Source: Solirubrobacteraceae bacterium
Lineage (GTDB): Bacteria; Actinomycetota; Thermoleophilia; Solirubrobacterales; Solirubrobacteraceae
Assembly: GCA_035706585.1 (NCBI GenBank)
Contig: DASSUW010000451.1
Location: 1 to 62,618 of the forward strand
Direction of reading: 5' to 3'
DNA length: 62,618 nt
A program made the translations under genes and the position numbers. The first letter of the stretch is position 1, and each line of letters starts with the position of its first letter. Shown here one piece after another: positions 35,534 through 43,259 of this stretch. Under the pieces are notes generated by a model. That model was not told the DNA's origin, ran no database searches, and saw only the letters and a program-made list of their open reading frames with translations.

Positions 35534-36136
35534 TCATCGCTCAACCGTCACTTGTCTCGGGTGGGCAGGGTCGACATGCACGGCGCCGCGCGCGATCTGC
35601 ACGACGGCATCGCAGAGCAGGTCGTGCTCGAGCGGGCGCAGGGCGATGCGCACCGCGGCGGCGTCGCGCGCGTCGGGCAGCTCGAGCGCGCGCTGCGCGA
35701 TGATCGGCCCGGTGTCGACGCCCTCGTCGACGAAGTGGACCGTGACGCCGAAGACCTTGACGCCGTAGTCGAGCGCCTGCTCGACCGCCCGCAGGCCGGG
35801 GAACGCCGGCAGCAGCGCGGGATGCACGTTGATGACCCGGCCCGGGAAGCGCTGCAGGAAGCCGGGCGAGAGCAGCGCCATGTAGCCGGCGAGCACGACG
35901 AGCTCGGTGTCGTGGCCGGCGAGGAAGTCGGCGATGGCACGATCACGGTCGGCTCGCACGCCGGCGAGCGGGAACGTGCCGGTCGGCACGCCGACGTGCT
36001 CGGCGCGCTCGAGCGCCGGCGCGTTCGGCTTGTCGCTGGCCACGGCGACAACCTCCACGCCGTGGCGGCCGTGGACCCGATCGAGGATGGCCTGGAGGTT
36101 CGTGCCGGTGCCGGACGCGAGCACACCGACCCTCAT
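35534..36136 (-). CDS. purN: Phosphoribosylglycinamide formyltransferase
   Basis: MRVGVLASGTGTNLQAI, NVHPALLPAFPG. GGAGGTG SD. The ATG overlaps the recQ stop (ATGA). Confidence 0.9.
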   Translation of the reverse strand: MRVGVLASGTGTNLQAILDRVHGRHGVEVVAVASDKPNAPALERAEHVGVPTGTFPLAGVRADRDRAIADFLAGHDTELVVLAGYMALLSPGFLQRFPGRVINVHPALLPAFPGLRAVEQALDYGVKVFGVTVHFVDEGVDTGPIIAQRALELPDARDAAAVRIALRPLEHDLLCDAVVQIARGAVHVDPAHPRQVTVER

Positions 36137-38067
36137 GTCACCTCCAGCTTCGGGAACCGCCCGCCGGTCGAGCGCAGGGTGCCGGCGGCGATCAGCGCGT
36201 CGACCCGTTCCAGGACCGCCGGCGCCGGCAGGTGCGACCAGGCGCCGTAGTGCGGCAGGCCGTCGTAGGAGTGCTTCTTGACGACCTTCGACTGCCCGCC
36301 GCGGAGAATCTCGACGGTGCGTGTGCGCCCGACCTCGGGCTCGGCCGATGCCACGACGTCGAGGATCGCCTCGTCGAGTGCGTCGAGGTCGCCGGCGTTC
36401 GGGCGGTGGGCGAGCTGGGCGGGGCGCCTGGACGCGGCGCGACGCTCGGGCGCGGGTGGCGGCGCGGGGGCGATCCCCGGATCGCAGATGTCGCAGCACG
36501 GGCCGGCGGGCGCGGGCGCGGCGCGATCGCCGAAGTGGCGCAGGATGCCCTCGCGCCGGCATTGCGTGCCCTCCACCCAGGCCCATACCGCGCGGTACTG
36601 GCGCCAGCGGACGCGCGTGCCCTCCTGGGCCGCGTTGCGGCACAGCGCGAGCGCGCGCCCGTCCCACGCGCCCACGAGCCGCCCGGCGACGCGGTCGGGC
36701 GCCGAGGGAGCGGGCTGGATGACGCCCGCCCGCGCGAGGTGCCCGACGATCGCGCGCACGACCTCCTCGTCGCCCGCGACGCGCACGAGCTCCTCGACCG
36801 CGAGATCGAACCGGGCGGGCGCTCCCGGCGCGGTCGCGCCGGCGGCGGCCGGCGGCGTCGCCCGGGCGGGCGTCGCCTCCCGGGCGCGCTCGGCGACGGT
36901 GACGATGCGGCGGGCGACGGCCTTCAGCGCGTCGTCGTCGACGGTGGACCGCTCGATGAAGAAGACATGGAGGCCCTTGTCCTTGCCGGTGGCGAAGACG
37001 AGGCAGCGGGCGGGCCGGCCGTCGCGACCCGCGCGGCCGGCCTCCTGGTAGTAGGCCTCGAGCGAGCTCGGAACGCTCTCATGGCAGACCGTGCGCACGT
37101 CCGCCTTGTCGATCCCCATGCCGAACGCGTTGGTGGCGACGACGACCGGCGCCTCGCCGGCCATGAACCGCCTCTGCGCCTCGGCGCGGGCCTCGCGCGG
37201 GAGGCCGGCGTGATAGACGATCGCCTCGACGCCGAGCTGGGAGGACAGGCGGTCGGCGAGCCGCTCGCTGTCGGCGCGGGTGCCGGCGTAGACGATCCCG
37301 GGCAGCGCGCCGGGCTCGGCGAGCGCGGCGGCGATCCCGCGATGGACCGCGGGCTTGTTCGCGCACCGCACGACCGCGAAGCTCAGGTTCGGGCGGTCGA
37401 ACCCGGTCGCGACGCGCACCGGGTCGCGCAGGCCGAGCCGGCCGACGATGTCCGACGCCACCTGCGGGGTCGCCGTCGCGGTCGATGCCACGATCGCCTC
37501 GGCGCCGAGCCAGCGCGCGGCGTCGGCGAGGCGGAAGTAGTCCGGCCGGAAGTCGTGCCCCCACTGGGACACGCAATGCGCCTCGTCGACGACGAACAGC
37601 CCGATCCGTGCGTGGCGGATGCGATCCAGGAACCCCGGCGAGGAGAACCGCTCGGGCGCGACGTAGAGCAACCGCAGGTCGCCGCGGGCGGCGCGCTCGA
37701 GCGTGCGGCGGTTGGTCGCCGTGTCCTGCTGGGCGTTGATGAGCCCGACGTAGCCGGGCGCCACCCGCTCGACCGCCTGCACCTGGTCCTGCATCAGCGA
37801 CACCAGCGGCGAGACGACGACCGTGAGGTCGGCCCGCATGAGCGCCGGCAGCTGGTAGCAGAGCGACTTGCCCGAGCCGGTCGGCATCACGACCAGGACG
37901 TCGCGACCGGCGACGGCCGCCGCGACCGCCTCGCGCTGGCCGGGCCGGAACGCCGGGAACCCGAACAGGTCGTGCAGCGCGCCCTCGGGATCACGCGCGC
38001 GTGCGACCGGCTCGGGCGGCGGTGGGCCCAGCCCCGGGAGCGCGACGTTCTCGACGGCGACCGACAT
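36133..38067 (-). CDS. recQ: RecQ family ATP-dependent DNA helicase
   Basis: MPTGSGKSLCYQLPAL, DEAHCVSQWGHDFRPDY, ATNAFGMGIDKADVR, QEAGRAGRDG. Confidence 0.9.
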   Translation of the reverse strand: MSVAVENVALPGLGPPPPEPVARARDPEGALHDLFGFPAFRPGQREAVAAAVAGRDVLVVMPTGSGKSLCYQLPALMRADLTVVVSPLVSLMQDQVQAVERVAPGYVGLINAQQDTATNRRTLERAARGDLRLLYVAPERFSSPGFLDRIRHARIGLFVVDEAHCVSQWGHDFRPDYFRLADAARWLGAEAIVASTATATPQVASDIVGRLGLRDPVRVATGFDRPNLSFAVVRCANKPAVHRGIAAALAEPGALPGIVYAGTRADSERLADRLSSQLGVEAIVYHAGLPREARAEAQRRFMAGEAPVVVATNAFGMGIDKADVRTVCHESVPSSLEAYYQEAGRAGRDGRPARCLVFATGKDKGLHVFFIERSTVDDDALKAVARRIVTVAERAREATPARATPPAAAGATAPGAPARFDLAVEELVRVAGDEEVVRAIVGHLARAGVIQPAPSAPDRVAGRLVGAWDGRALALCRNAAQEGTRVRWRQYRAVWAWVEGTQCRREGILRHFGDRAAPAPAGPCCDICDPGIAPAPPPAPERRAASRRPAQLAHRPNAGDLDALDEAILDVVASAEPEVGRTRTVEILRGGQSKVVKKHSYDGLPHYGAWSHLPAPAVLERVDALIAAGTLRSTGGRFPKLEVT

Positions 38068-38098
38068 GGACGGGCGACCATACCGGCGGGTCCGGAGG

Positions 38099-38114
38099 GC
38101 AAACGCGCGTTTGC
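38099..38114. promoter_or_regulatory. Perfect 16-bp palindrome GCAAACGCGCGTTTGC
   Basis: It lies 32 nt upstream of the recQ-purN-purH start. TATGGT (TANNNT) lies 9 nt before the ATG, so the palindrome sits at about the -35 position. Confidence 0.4.
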
Positions 38115-38175
38115 GCAGTGTTGTGACAGTCCCGTGCGCGCGGTGACGCGAACGAAACGTCAACTGCCGCATTTA

Positions 38176-38298
38176 GGGGGTGGCCGAGAGGGGGTGGCTA
38201 ACGAACGTGAACCTCTGGTTGACAAACGTAGTCCACCCCGTCCGGTCGCCGCCCTAAGTGCCGCCGTGCGCCGGCGCCGCGAGCCGCGCGGGGGTGGC
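38176..38298. repeat. Three direct GGGGGTGGC copies (38176, 38190, 38290) plus an inverted CCACCCC (38233)
   Basis: Read directly in the 268-nt purF-recQ spacer. Confidence 0.5.
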
Positions 38299-38334
38299 GG
38301 CGCGAACCGCGCGAGGGGCGCAGGAGCGGCGGCG

Positions 38335-39765
38335 CTACGCCCCCACGAGCGGGAGCGCGGTCTCGAACGCGTCCTTGCGCTGGGCCGCGGCGGTCCCGCC
38401 GAGCGGGTACTCGCCCGAGAAACAGGCGTCGCAGTGGGTCTCGCGGGTGCCGTCGATCGCCTCGTACACGCCGCGCAGCGACAGGTAGGCCAGCGAGTCG
38501 CAGCCGAGCTCGGCGGCGACCTCGGCCTCGCTGCGGCCGTGGGCGATCATCTCCTCGCGCGTGGACATGTCGATCCCGTAGAAGCACGGGTGGCGGATCG
38601 GCGGGGCGCTGATCCGCATGTGCACCTCGGACGCCCCCGCGTCCCGGAGCATCGCGACGATCTGACGGGTGGTGTTGCCGCGCACGATCGAGTCGTCGAC
38701 CACGACGAGGCGCTTGCCGGCGACGACCTCGGGCAGCGGGTTGAACTTCATCCGCAGGCCGTGCTTGCGCAGCTCCTGGCCCGGCTGGATGAACGTGCGC
38801 GCGACGTAGCGGTTCTTGATCAGCCCGTCGTCCTGCGGCAGCCCGGTGGCGCGGGCGAAGCCGCGCGCGGCGGGATTGCCCGAGTCGGGCACCGGGATCA
38901 CGAGATCGGCGGACACCGGCGCCTCGCGCGCGAGGATCTCGCCCATCCGCCCGCGCGCCACCTGCAGCACCTGGCCGCCGAGCCGCGAGTCCGGCCGCGC
39001 GAAGTAGATGTGCTCGAACACGCACAGTGCGCGCCGCGCGCCCTCGACCGCCATTCGCGTCTGCACCCCTTCCGGCGTCAGCGACACGATCTCGCCCGGC
39101 TGCACGTCACGCAGGAAGCGCCCGCCGATGATGTCGAACGCGCAGGTCTCAGACGCGACGCAGTAGCGATCCCCCAACATCCCCAGCGACAGCGGCCGCA
39201 GCCCGGCCGGGTCGCGGAACGCGACCACGCGATCCTTGGTCATCACGACCGTCGAGTAGGCGCCCTCGAGCCGCGTCATCACGGCGGCCAGCGCGTCCTC
39301 GATCGTGTCGGCCGCGTGCGTGGACAGCAGCGCCGCGATGATCTCCGAATCCGACGTCGACCGGAACGCGACGCCCGCCTCGCGCAGCGACGAGTGCAGC
39401 TCGACCGCGTTCACGAGATTGCCGTTGTGGGCGAGAGCGACCTCGCGGCGATCGGCGCGCCAGACGGGCTGCGAGTTCTCCCACGAGGAGGCGCCGGTGG
39501 TCGAGTAGCGGACGTGGCCGACCGCCATGTCGCCCTGCAGCGCCCGCAGCTTCTGCTCGTCGAAGACCTGGTTGACGAGCCCCTGGTCGCGCATCGCCAT
39601 GATGTGGCCGCGCTGGGCGGTCGCGATGCCCGCCGACTCCTGCCCGCGATGCTGCAGTGCGTACAGCGCGAAGTAGCTCAGCCGGGCGACATCGCGACCC
39701 GGCGCGCAGATGCCGAACACCCCGCACTCATCGCGCGGACCGTCGCGAAAGTCGGAGGGCTCCAC
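38335..39765 (-). CDS. purF: Amidophosphoribosyltransferase
   Basis: CGVFGICAP..., LQHRGQESAGIA, VVDDSIVRGNT. GTG 39765. Confidence 0.9.
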   Translation of the reverse strand: MEPSDFRDGPRDECGVFGICAPGRDVARLSYFALYALQHRGQESAGIATAQRGHIMAMRDQGLVNQVFDEQKLRALQGDMAVGHVRYSTTGASSWENSQPVWRADRREVALAHNGNLVNAVELHSSLREAGVAFRSTSDSEIIAALLSTHAADTIEDALAAVMTRLEGAYSTVVMTKDRVVAFRDPAGLRPLSLGMLGDRYCVASETCAFDIIGGRFLRDVQPGEIVSLTPEGVQTRMAVEGARRALCVFEHIYFARPDSRLGGQVLQVARGRMGEILAREAPVSADLVIPVPDSGNPAARGFARATGLPQDDGLIKNRYVARTFIQPGQELRKHGLRMKFNPLPEVVAGKRLVVVDDSIVRGNTTRQIVAMLRDAGASEVHMRISAPPIRHPCFYGIDMSTREEMIAHGRSEAEVAAELGCDSLAYLSLRGVYEAIDGTRETHCDACFSGEYPLGGTAAAQRKDAFETALPLVGA

Positions 39766-39777
39766 GTCCCGGCCAGC

Positions 39778-39794
39778 CTAGCAACGGCTCCGGC
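39778..39794 (-). promoter_or_regulatory. 17-nt motif CTAGCAACGGCTCCGGC (copy 1), 12 nt upstream of the purF start
   Basis: Identical to 47134-47150. On the coding strand it reads GCCGGAGCCGTTGCTAG, with TGCTAGGCT resembling an extended -10. Confidence 0.45.
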
Positions 39795-39890
39795 GTCCGC
39801 CGCCCCGGCAAACCGCAACCAGCGCGCTGCTCCGCTCCGGCGGCAGGCGGCCAAGTACCCTCCCTGCCACATAGTCCCCAGGAGCTGATA

Positions 39891-41279
39891 ATGGCTATCA
39901 ACGCCACCCCCGCCCAGATCGACCGGGCGAAGATCAAGGAGCTCATCGAGCGCGAGGAGAAGGCGCTCAACGACCGCACGCGCAAGTCGGAGCAGATGTA
40001 CAAGCGCGCGCACGCCGTCCTGTCCGGCGGCGTCGCCTCGTCCTACCAGCTGCGCGACCCGTGGCCGATCTACCTCGAGCGGGGCTCCGGCCCGCGCGTC
40101 TGGGACGTCGACGGCAACGAGATGTACGACTTCCACAACGGCTTCGGCTCGATGGTGCAGGGCCACGCGCACCCGGCGATCGGTCGCGCGCTGCAGGAGC
40201 GCTACAGCCAGGGCACGCACTTTGCCGCGCCGACCGAGGACGCCGTCGTCGTGGCCGAGGAGCTGCACCGCCGCTGGGATCTTCCGCGCTGGCGCTACAC
40301 GAACTCCGGCTCGGAGTCGACGATGGACGCGATCCGGATCGCGCGGGCGTACACGAAGCGCGACACCGTGATGAAGATCTTCGGCTCCTACCACGGCCAC
40401 CACGACACCGTGATGGTCTCGATCGGCGTCGAGTACGACAAGATCGGCGACCGCGAGAACCTCGCGTCGCTGCCGTACGGCGCCGGCATCCCGCAGGCGA
40501 CCGTGGACAACACCGTCGCCGTGCCGTTCAACGACGCGGGCGCCATGGAGCGCCGGATCGAGCGGCTCGGCAACGAGGGCCGGCTGCCCGCCGTGGTGAT
40601 CATGGAGGCGGCCATGATGAACCTCGGCGTCGTCCTCCCGAAGCCGGGCTACCTCGAGGAGGTCCGCGAGATCACGCGGCGCCACGGCATCGTCCTGATC
40701 TTCGACGAGGTCAAGACCGGCCTCACGATCGCCGCCGGCGGCGCCACCGAGAAGTGGGGCGTCAAGCCCGACATGGTCACGCTCGCCAAGGCGCTCGGCG
40801 GCGGCGTGCCGACCGGCGCGATCGGCGGCACCGACGAGGTCATGTCGGTCGTCGAGGACGGCTCCGTCTATCAGGTCGGCACCTACAACGGGAACCCGCT
40901 CGGCATGGCGGCCACGCGCGCGAACCTGCTCGAGGTCCTGACCCCGGACGCGTACGAGCACTTCGACCACCTCAACGACCGCATCCTCACCGGCTGCCAG
41001 GGCGTGATCGACAAGTACAACCTCCCCGGCTACGCCGTGGGTGTCGGCACCAAGGGCTGCGTGACGTTCTCGCCGGTCGAGATCGTCGACTACGAGACCT
41101 TCAAGGCCAACCAGGACGCCGACATGGCTGAGCTGGCGTGGCTGTTCAACATGAACCGCGGGATCTTCATGACGCCCGGCCGCGAGGAGGAGTGGACGCT
41201 CTCGGTCACGCACGACGACGCGTCGGTCGACCAGTACGTCCAGGTCTTCGACGCGATGGCCGAGGAGCTGACCAGCTGA
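39891..41279 (+). CDS. Class III PLP-dependent aminotransferase (GSA aminomutase-like)
   Basis: DVDGNEMYDFHNGFGSMVQGHAHP, NSGSESTMDAIRIARAYT, DEVKTG, TLAKALGGG. GGAG lies 6 nt before ATG 39891. Confidence 0.8.
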   Translation: MAINATPAQIDRAKIKELIEREEKALNDRTRKSEQMYKRAHAVLSGGVASSYQLRDPWPIYLERGSGPRVWDVDGNEMYDFHNGFGSMVQGHAHPAIGRALQERYSQGTHFAAPTEDAVVVAEELHRRWDLPRWRYTNSGSESTMDAIRIARAYTKRDTVMKIFGSYHGHHDTVMVSIGVEYDKIGDRENLASLPYGAGIPQATVDNTVAVPFNDAGAMERRIERLGNEGRLPAVVIMEAAMMNLGVVLPKPGYLEEVREITRRHGIVLIFDEVKTGLTIAAGGATEKWGVKPDMVTLAKALGGGVPTGAIGGTDEVMSVVEDGSVYQVGTYNGNPLGMAATRANLLEVLTPDAYEHFDHLNDRILTGCQGVIDKYNLPGYAVGVGTKGCVTFSPVEIVDYETFKANQDADMAELAWLFNMNRGIFMTPGREEEWTLSVTHDDASVDQYVQVFDAMAEELTS

Positions 41280-41285
41280 GGCGAA

Positions 41286-41303
41286 GGCCACCCCGTCGTG
41301 GCC
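41286..41303 (+). terminator. Hairpin GGCCAC-CCCGTC-GTGGCC
   Basis: It begins 7 nt after the aminotransferase stop. No U-tract. Confidence 0.25.
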
Positions 41304-41376
41304 GCTCATCAATCAACGGCGCTGGCTTTTCGACGCGGATCGTGAGAGGGTCGGGTGCCCCGGCCCCACGCAATCC

Positions 41377-43227
41377 GTGGACGCGTTCGATCACCCACGA
41401 CGATGGCGCCGTCGCGATGGCGCCGCCGCCGCGCGCGGCGCGATCGTCGCGTCGGTGATCGCGTTTCCGGGTCCCGGCTGGGACTTCGCGTCACCGCAGA
41501 CGGCGATCACGTTCAGCGCGGGTGATCCCGGTGCCGTCCAGGTGGTCGGCTCGGACAGCGGGCCGCACACCGGTCGGCTGCACGGGCTGCGCGGCCGGCC
41601 CGGCGCCGTCTTCACCCCCGATCGGGCCTTCGAGCCGGGCGAGCGCGTCACCGTCACGGCCGGCACGCGCGTGGTCGGCGCCGGCGGGCGCACGTTCTCG
41701 TTCGGGGTGTCGCGTCCGGCCTACGCGCCGCACCCGACGCCCGACTTCAGCGGCCTGCCCGGCCTGACGCCGGGACCGCGCCGGGCCGCCGGTCTCGGCA
41801 CCTGCCGCCTTCACCGGCCGCGCCTGCGGACGCTCCCGCGTCTCCGGCCCGCCGGCTTCTGCGTCAACCGCCGGACGACCCGCCGCGGCGGCCGTCGCCA
41901 CATCCTCGTGGCGCCACGCTCGCACCCGGAGCGGCAGGCGCGCGACCAGCACGGCGTCATGCTGTTCTCCGCCGCAGGGCGCCTGCAGTGGTACAGCCGG
42001 CGCCCGGCCGTCGCACGCGACTTCAAGGTCGTCAGGTACCGCGGCCGGCGCCTGCTCGCGTTCCACGAGGACCCGCCCGGCGACGACGACCGCTATGTGC
42101 TGCTGAACCACCGCTACCGGCCCGTGCTGCGGCTGCGCGCGCGCTACGGCTACCCGACGAACCTGCACGAGCTCCAGATCACGCGCCGGGGGACGGCGTA
42201 CCTGTCGTCCTACGTGCCGGTGTTCATGCCGCGTTCGCTGCGGATCGTGACCGACTATGTGATCCAGGAGATCGACATCGCGACGCGCGACGTGCTGTTC
42301 GAGTGGCACTCGCTCGACCACGTGCCGCCGTCGGCGACCTACCAGCCCCGGCCGGCGCCCGGCTACTCGTGGGACTACTTCCACGGGAACTCGATCGAGC
42401 CGCCCGACCGCCGCGGCACGCTGATCGTCTCGGGCCGCAACACGTCGGCGATCTACGGCATCGCTCGCCGCACCGGCCGGCTGCGCTGGACGTTCGGCGG
42501 CCGCCGCGACCAGTTCGGGCTCGTCCGCCGCCACCCGGAGCGGCAGTTCTGCGCCCAGCACGACGCCCGCCACGCGGCGGGCGGGACGATCACGCTGTTC
42601 GACAACGGCGGGCCGGTGCTGGGGACCTGCCCGATCCATCGCGCGCGCGTGCAGCAGTTCCGCCTCCACATCCGCGCGCGCCGGGCGCAGCTCGTGCGGA
42701 CGGTCCCGTCGTACGCGTCGTCCCCTGACGGCCGCGGGCTCTACGCGTGGGCGATGGGGAGCGTGCGCGGGGAGCGCGGCGGGACCCGGCTGATCAACTG
42801 GGGAACCACTGGCTACGTCACCGAGGTCGCGCCCGACGGTCGCGTCGTCTTCGGTCTGCGGCTCCAGTACTACACGTACCGCGCGATCCCCGCCCGCTGG
42901 CGCGGCTTCCCCACCGGGCGCCCCGCGATCGCCGTCCGGCGAGCCGGGCCGGCCGTCCGCGTCTGGGCGAGCTGGAACGGCGCGACCGAGATCCGTTCGT
43001 GGCAGGTCCTGGCGGGCAGGACCCCGGACGCTCTGCGGCCGCTCGGGCGCCGTCGCTTCCGCGGCCTCGAGACGGCGATGCGCGTGAGGACGCGCAGACC
43101 GTACGTGGCGGTGCGCGCGCTCGACCGCCGTGGCGCGGGATTGGGCCGCTCCGCCGCGGTCCACGTTCGCGCGGCGCCGACTGGAGCAGGCGCGCCAGCC
43201 CGTCGGCGTGCACGAGGCGCCGGCTAG
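41377..43227 (+). CDS. Arylsulfotransferase (ASST) family protein
   Basis: YSWDYFHGNSIEPPDRRGTLIVSGRNTSAIYGI and the overall beta-propeller-like pattern. The start is uncertain (GTG 41377, RRWRRR TAT-like). The last ~17 codons lie in a duplicated purL 3' end. Confidence 0.65.
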   Translation: MDAFDHPRRWRRRDGAAAARGAIVASVIAFPGPGWDFASPQTAITFSAGDPGAVQVVGSDSGPHTGRLHGLRGRPGAVFTPDRAFEPGERVTVTAGTRVVGAGGRTFSFGVSRPAYAPHPTPDFSGLPGLTPGPRRAAGLGTCRLHRPRLRTLPRLRPAGFCVNRRTTRRGGRRHILVAPRSHPERQARDQHGVMLFSAAGRLQWYSRRPAVARDFKVVRYRGRRLLAFHEDPPGDDDRYVLLNHRYRPVLRLRARYGYPTNLHELQITRRGTAYLSSYVPVFMPRSLRIVTDYVIQEIDIATRDVLFEWHSLDHVPPSATYQPRPAPGYSWDYFHGNSIEPPDRRGTLIVSGRNTSAIYGIARRTGRLRWTFGGRRDQFGLVRRHPERQFCAQHDARHAAGGTITLFDNGGPVLGTCPIHRARVQQFRLHIRARRAQLVRTVPSYASSPDGRGLYAWAMGSVRGERGGTRLINWGTTGYVTEVAPDGRVVFGLRLQYYTYRAIPARWRGFPTGRPAIAVRRAGPAVRVWASWNGATEIRSWQVLAGRTPDALRPLGRRRFRGLETAMRVRTRRPYVAVRALDRRGAGLGRSAAVHVRAAPTGAGAPARRRARGAG

Positions 43228-43259
43228 AGCAGGCGCGCCAGCCCGTCGGCGTGCACGCG
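43174..43259. repeat. 43-bp tandem duplication (40/43) of the purL 3' end
   Basis: GCGCCGACTGGAGCAGGCGCGCCAGCCCGTCGGCGTGCACGAG / GCGCCGGCTAGAGCAGGCGCGCCAGCCCGTCGGCGTGCACGCG, read directly. Confidence 0.85.

Noticed and set aside
36232-39888. 1218-aa plus-strand ORF, the longest in the track
   Set aside because: It is antisense to recQ and purF, which carry unmistakable motifs. The translation is Arg/Ala/Gly-rich with no recognisable domain, typical of high-GC shadow ORFs.
38068-39890. ZTP (pfl), THF or purine riboswitch ahead of the pur genes
   Set aside because: I looked for the conserved CCGCCTGGGC-type 3' element and purine-riboswitch loops on the coding strand upstream of recQ, purF, purC and the GYD gene. 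I saw none, though a covariance-model scan is needed for certainty.
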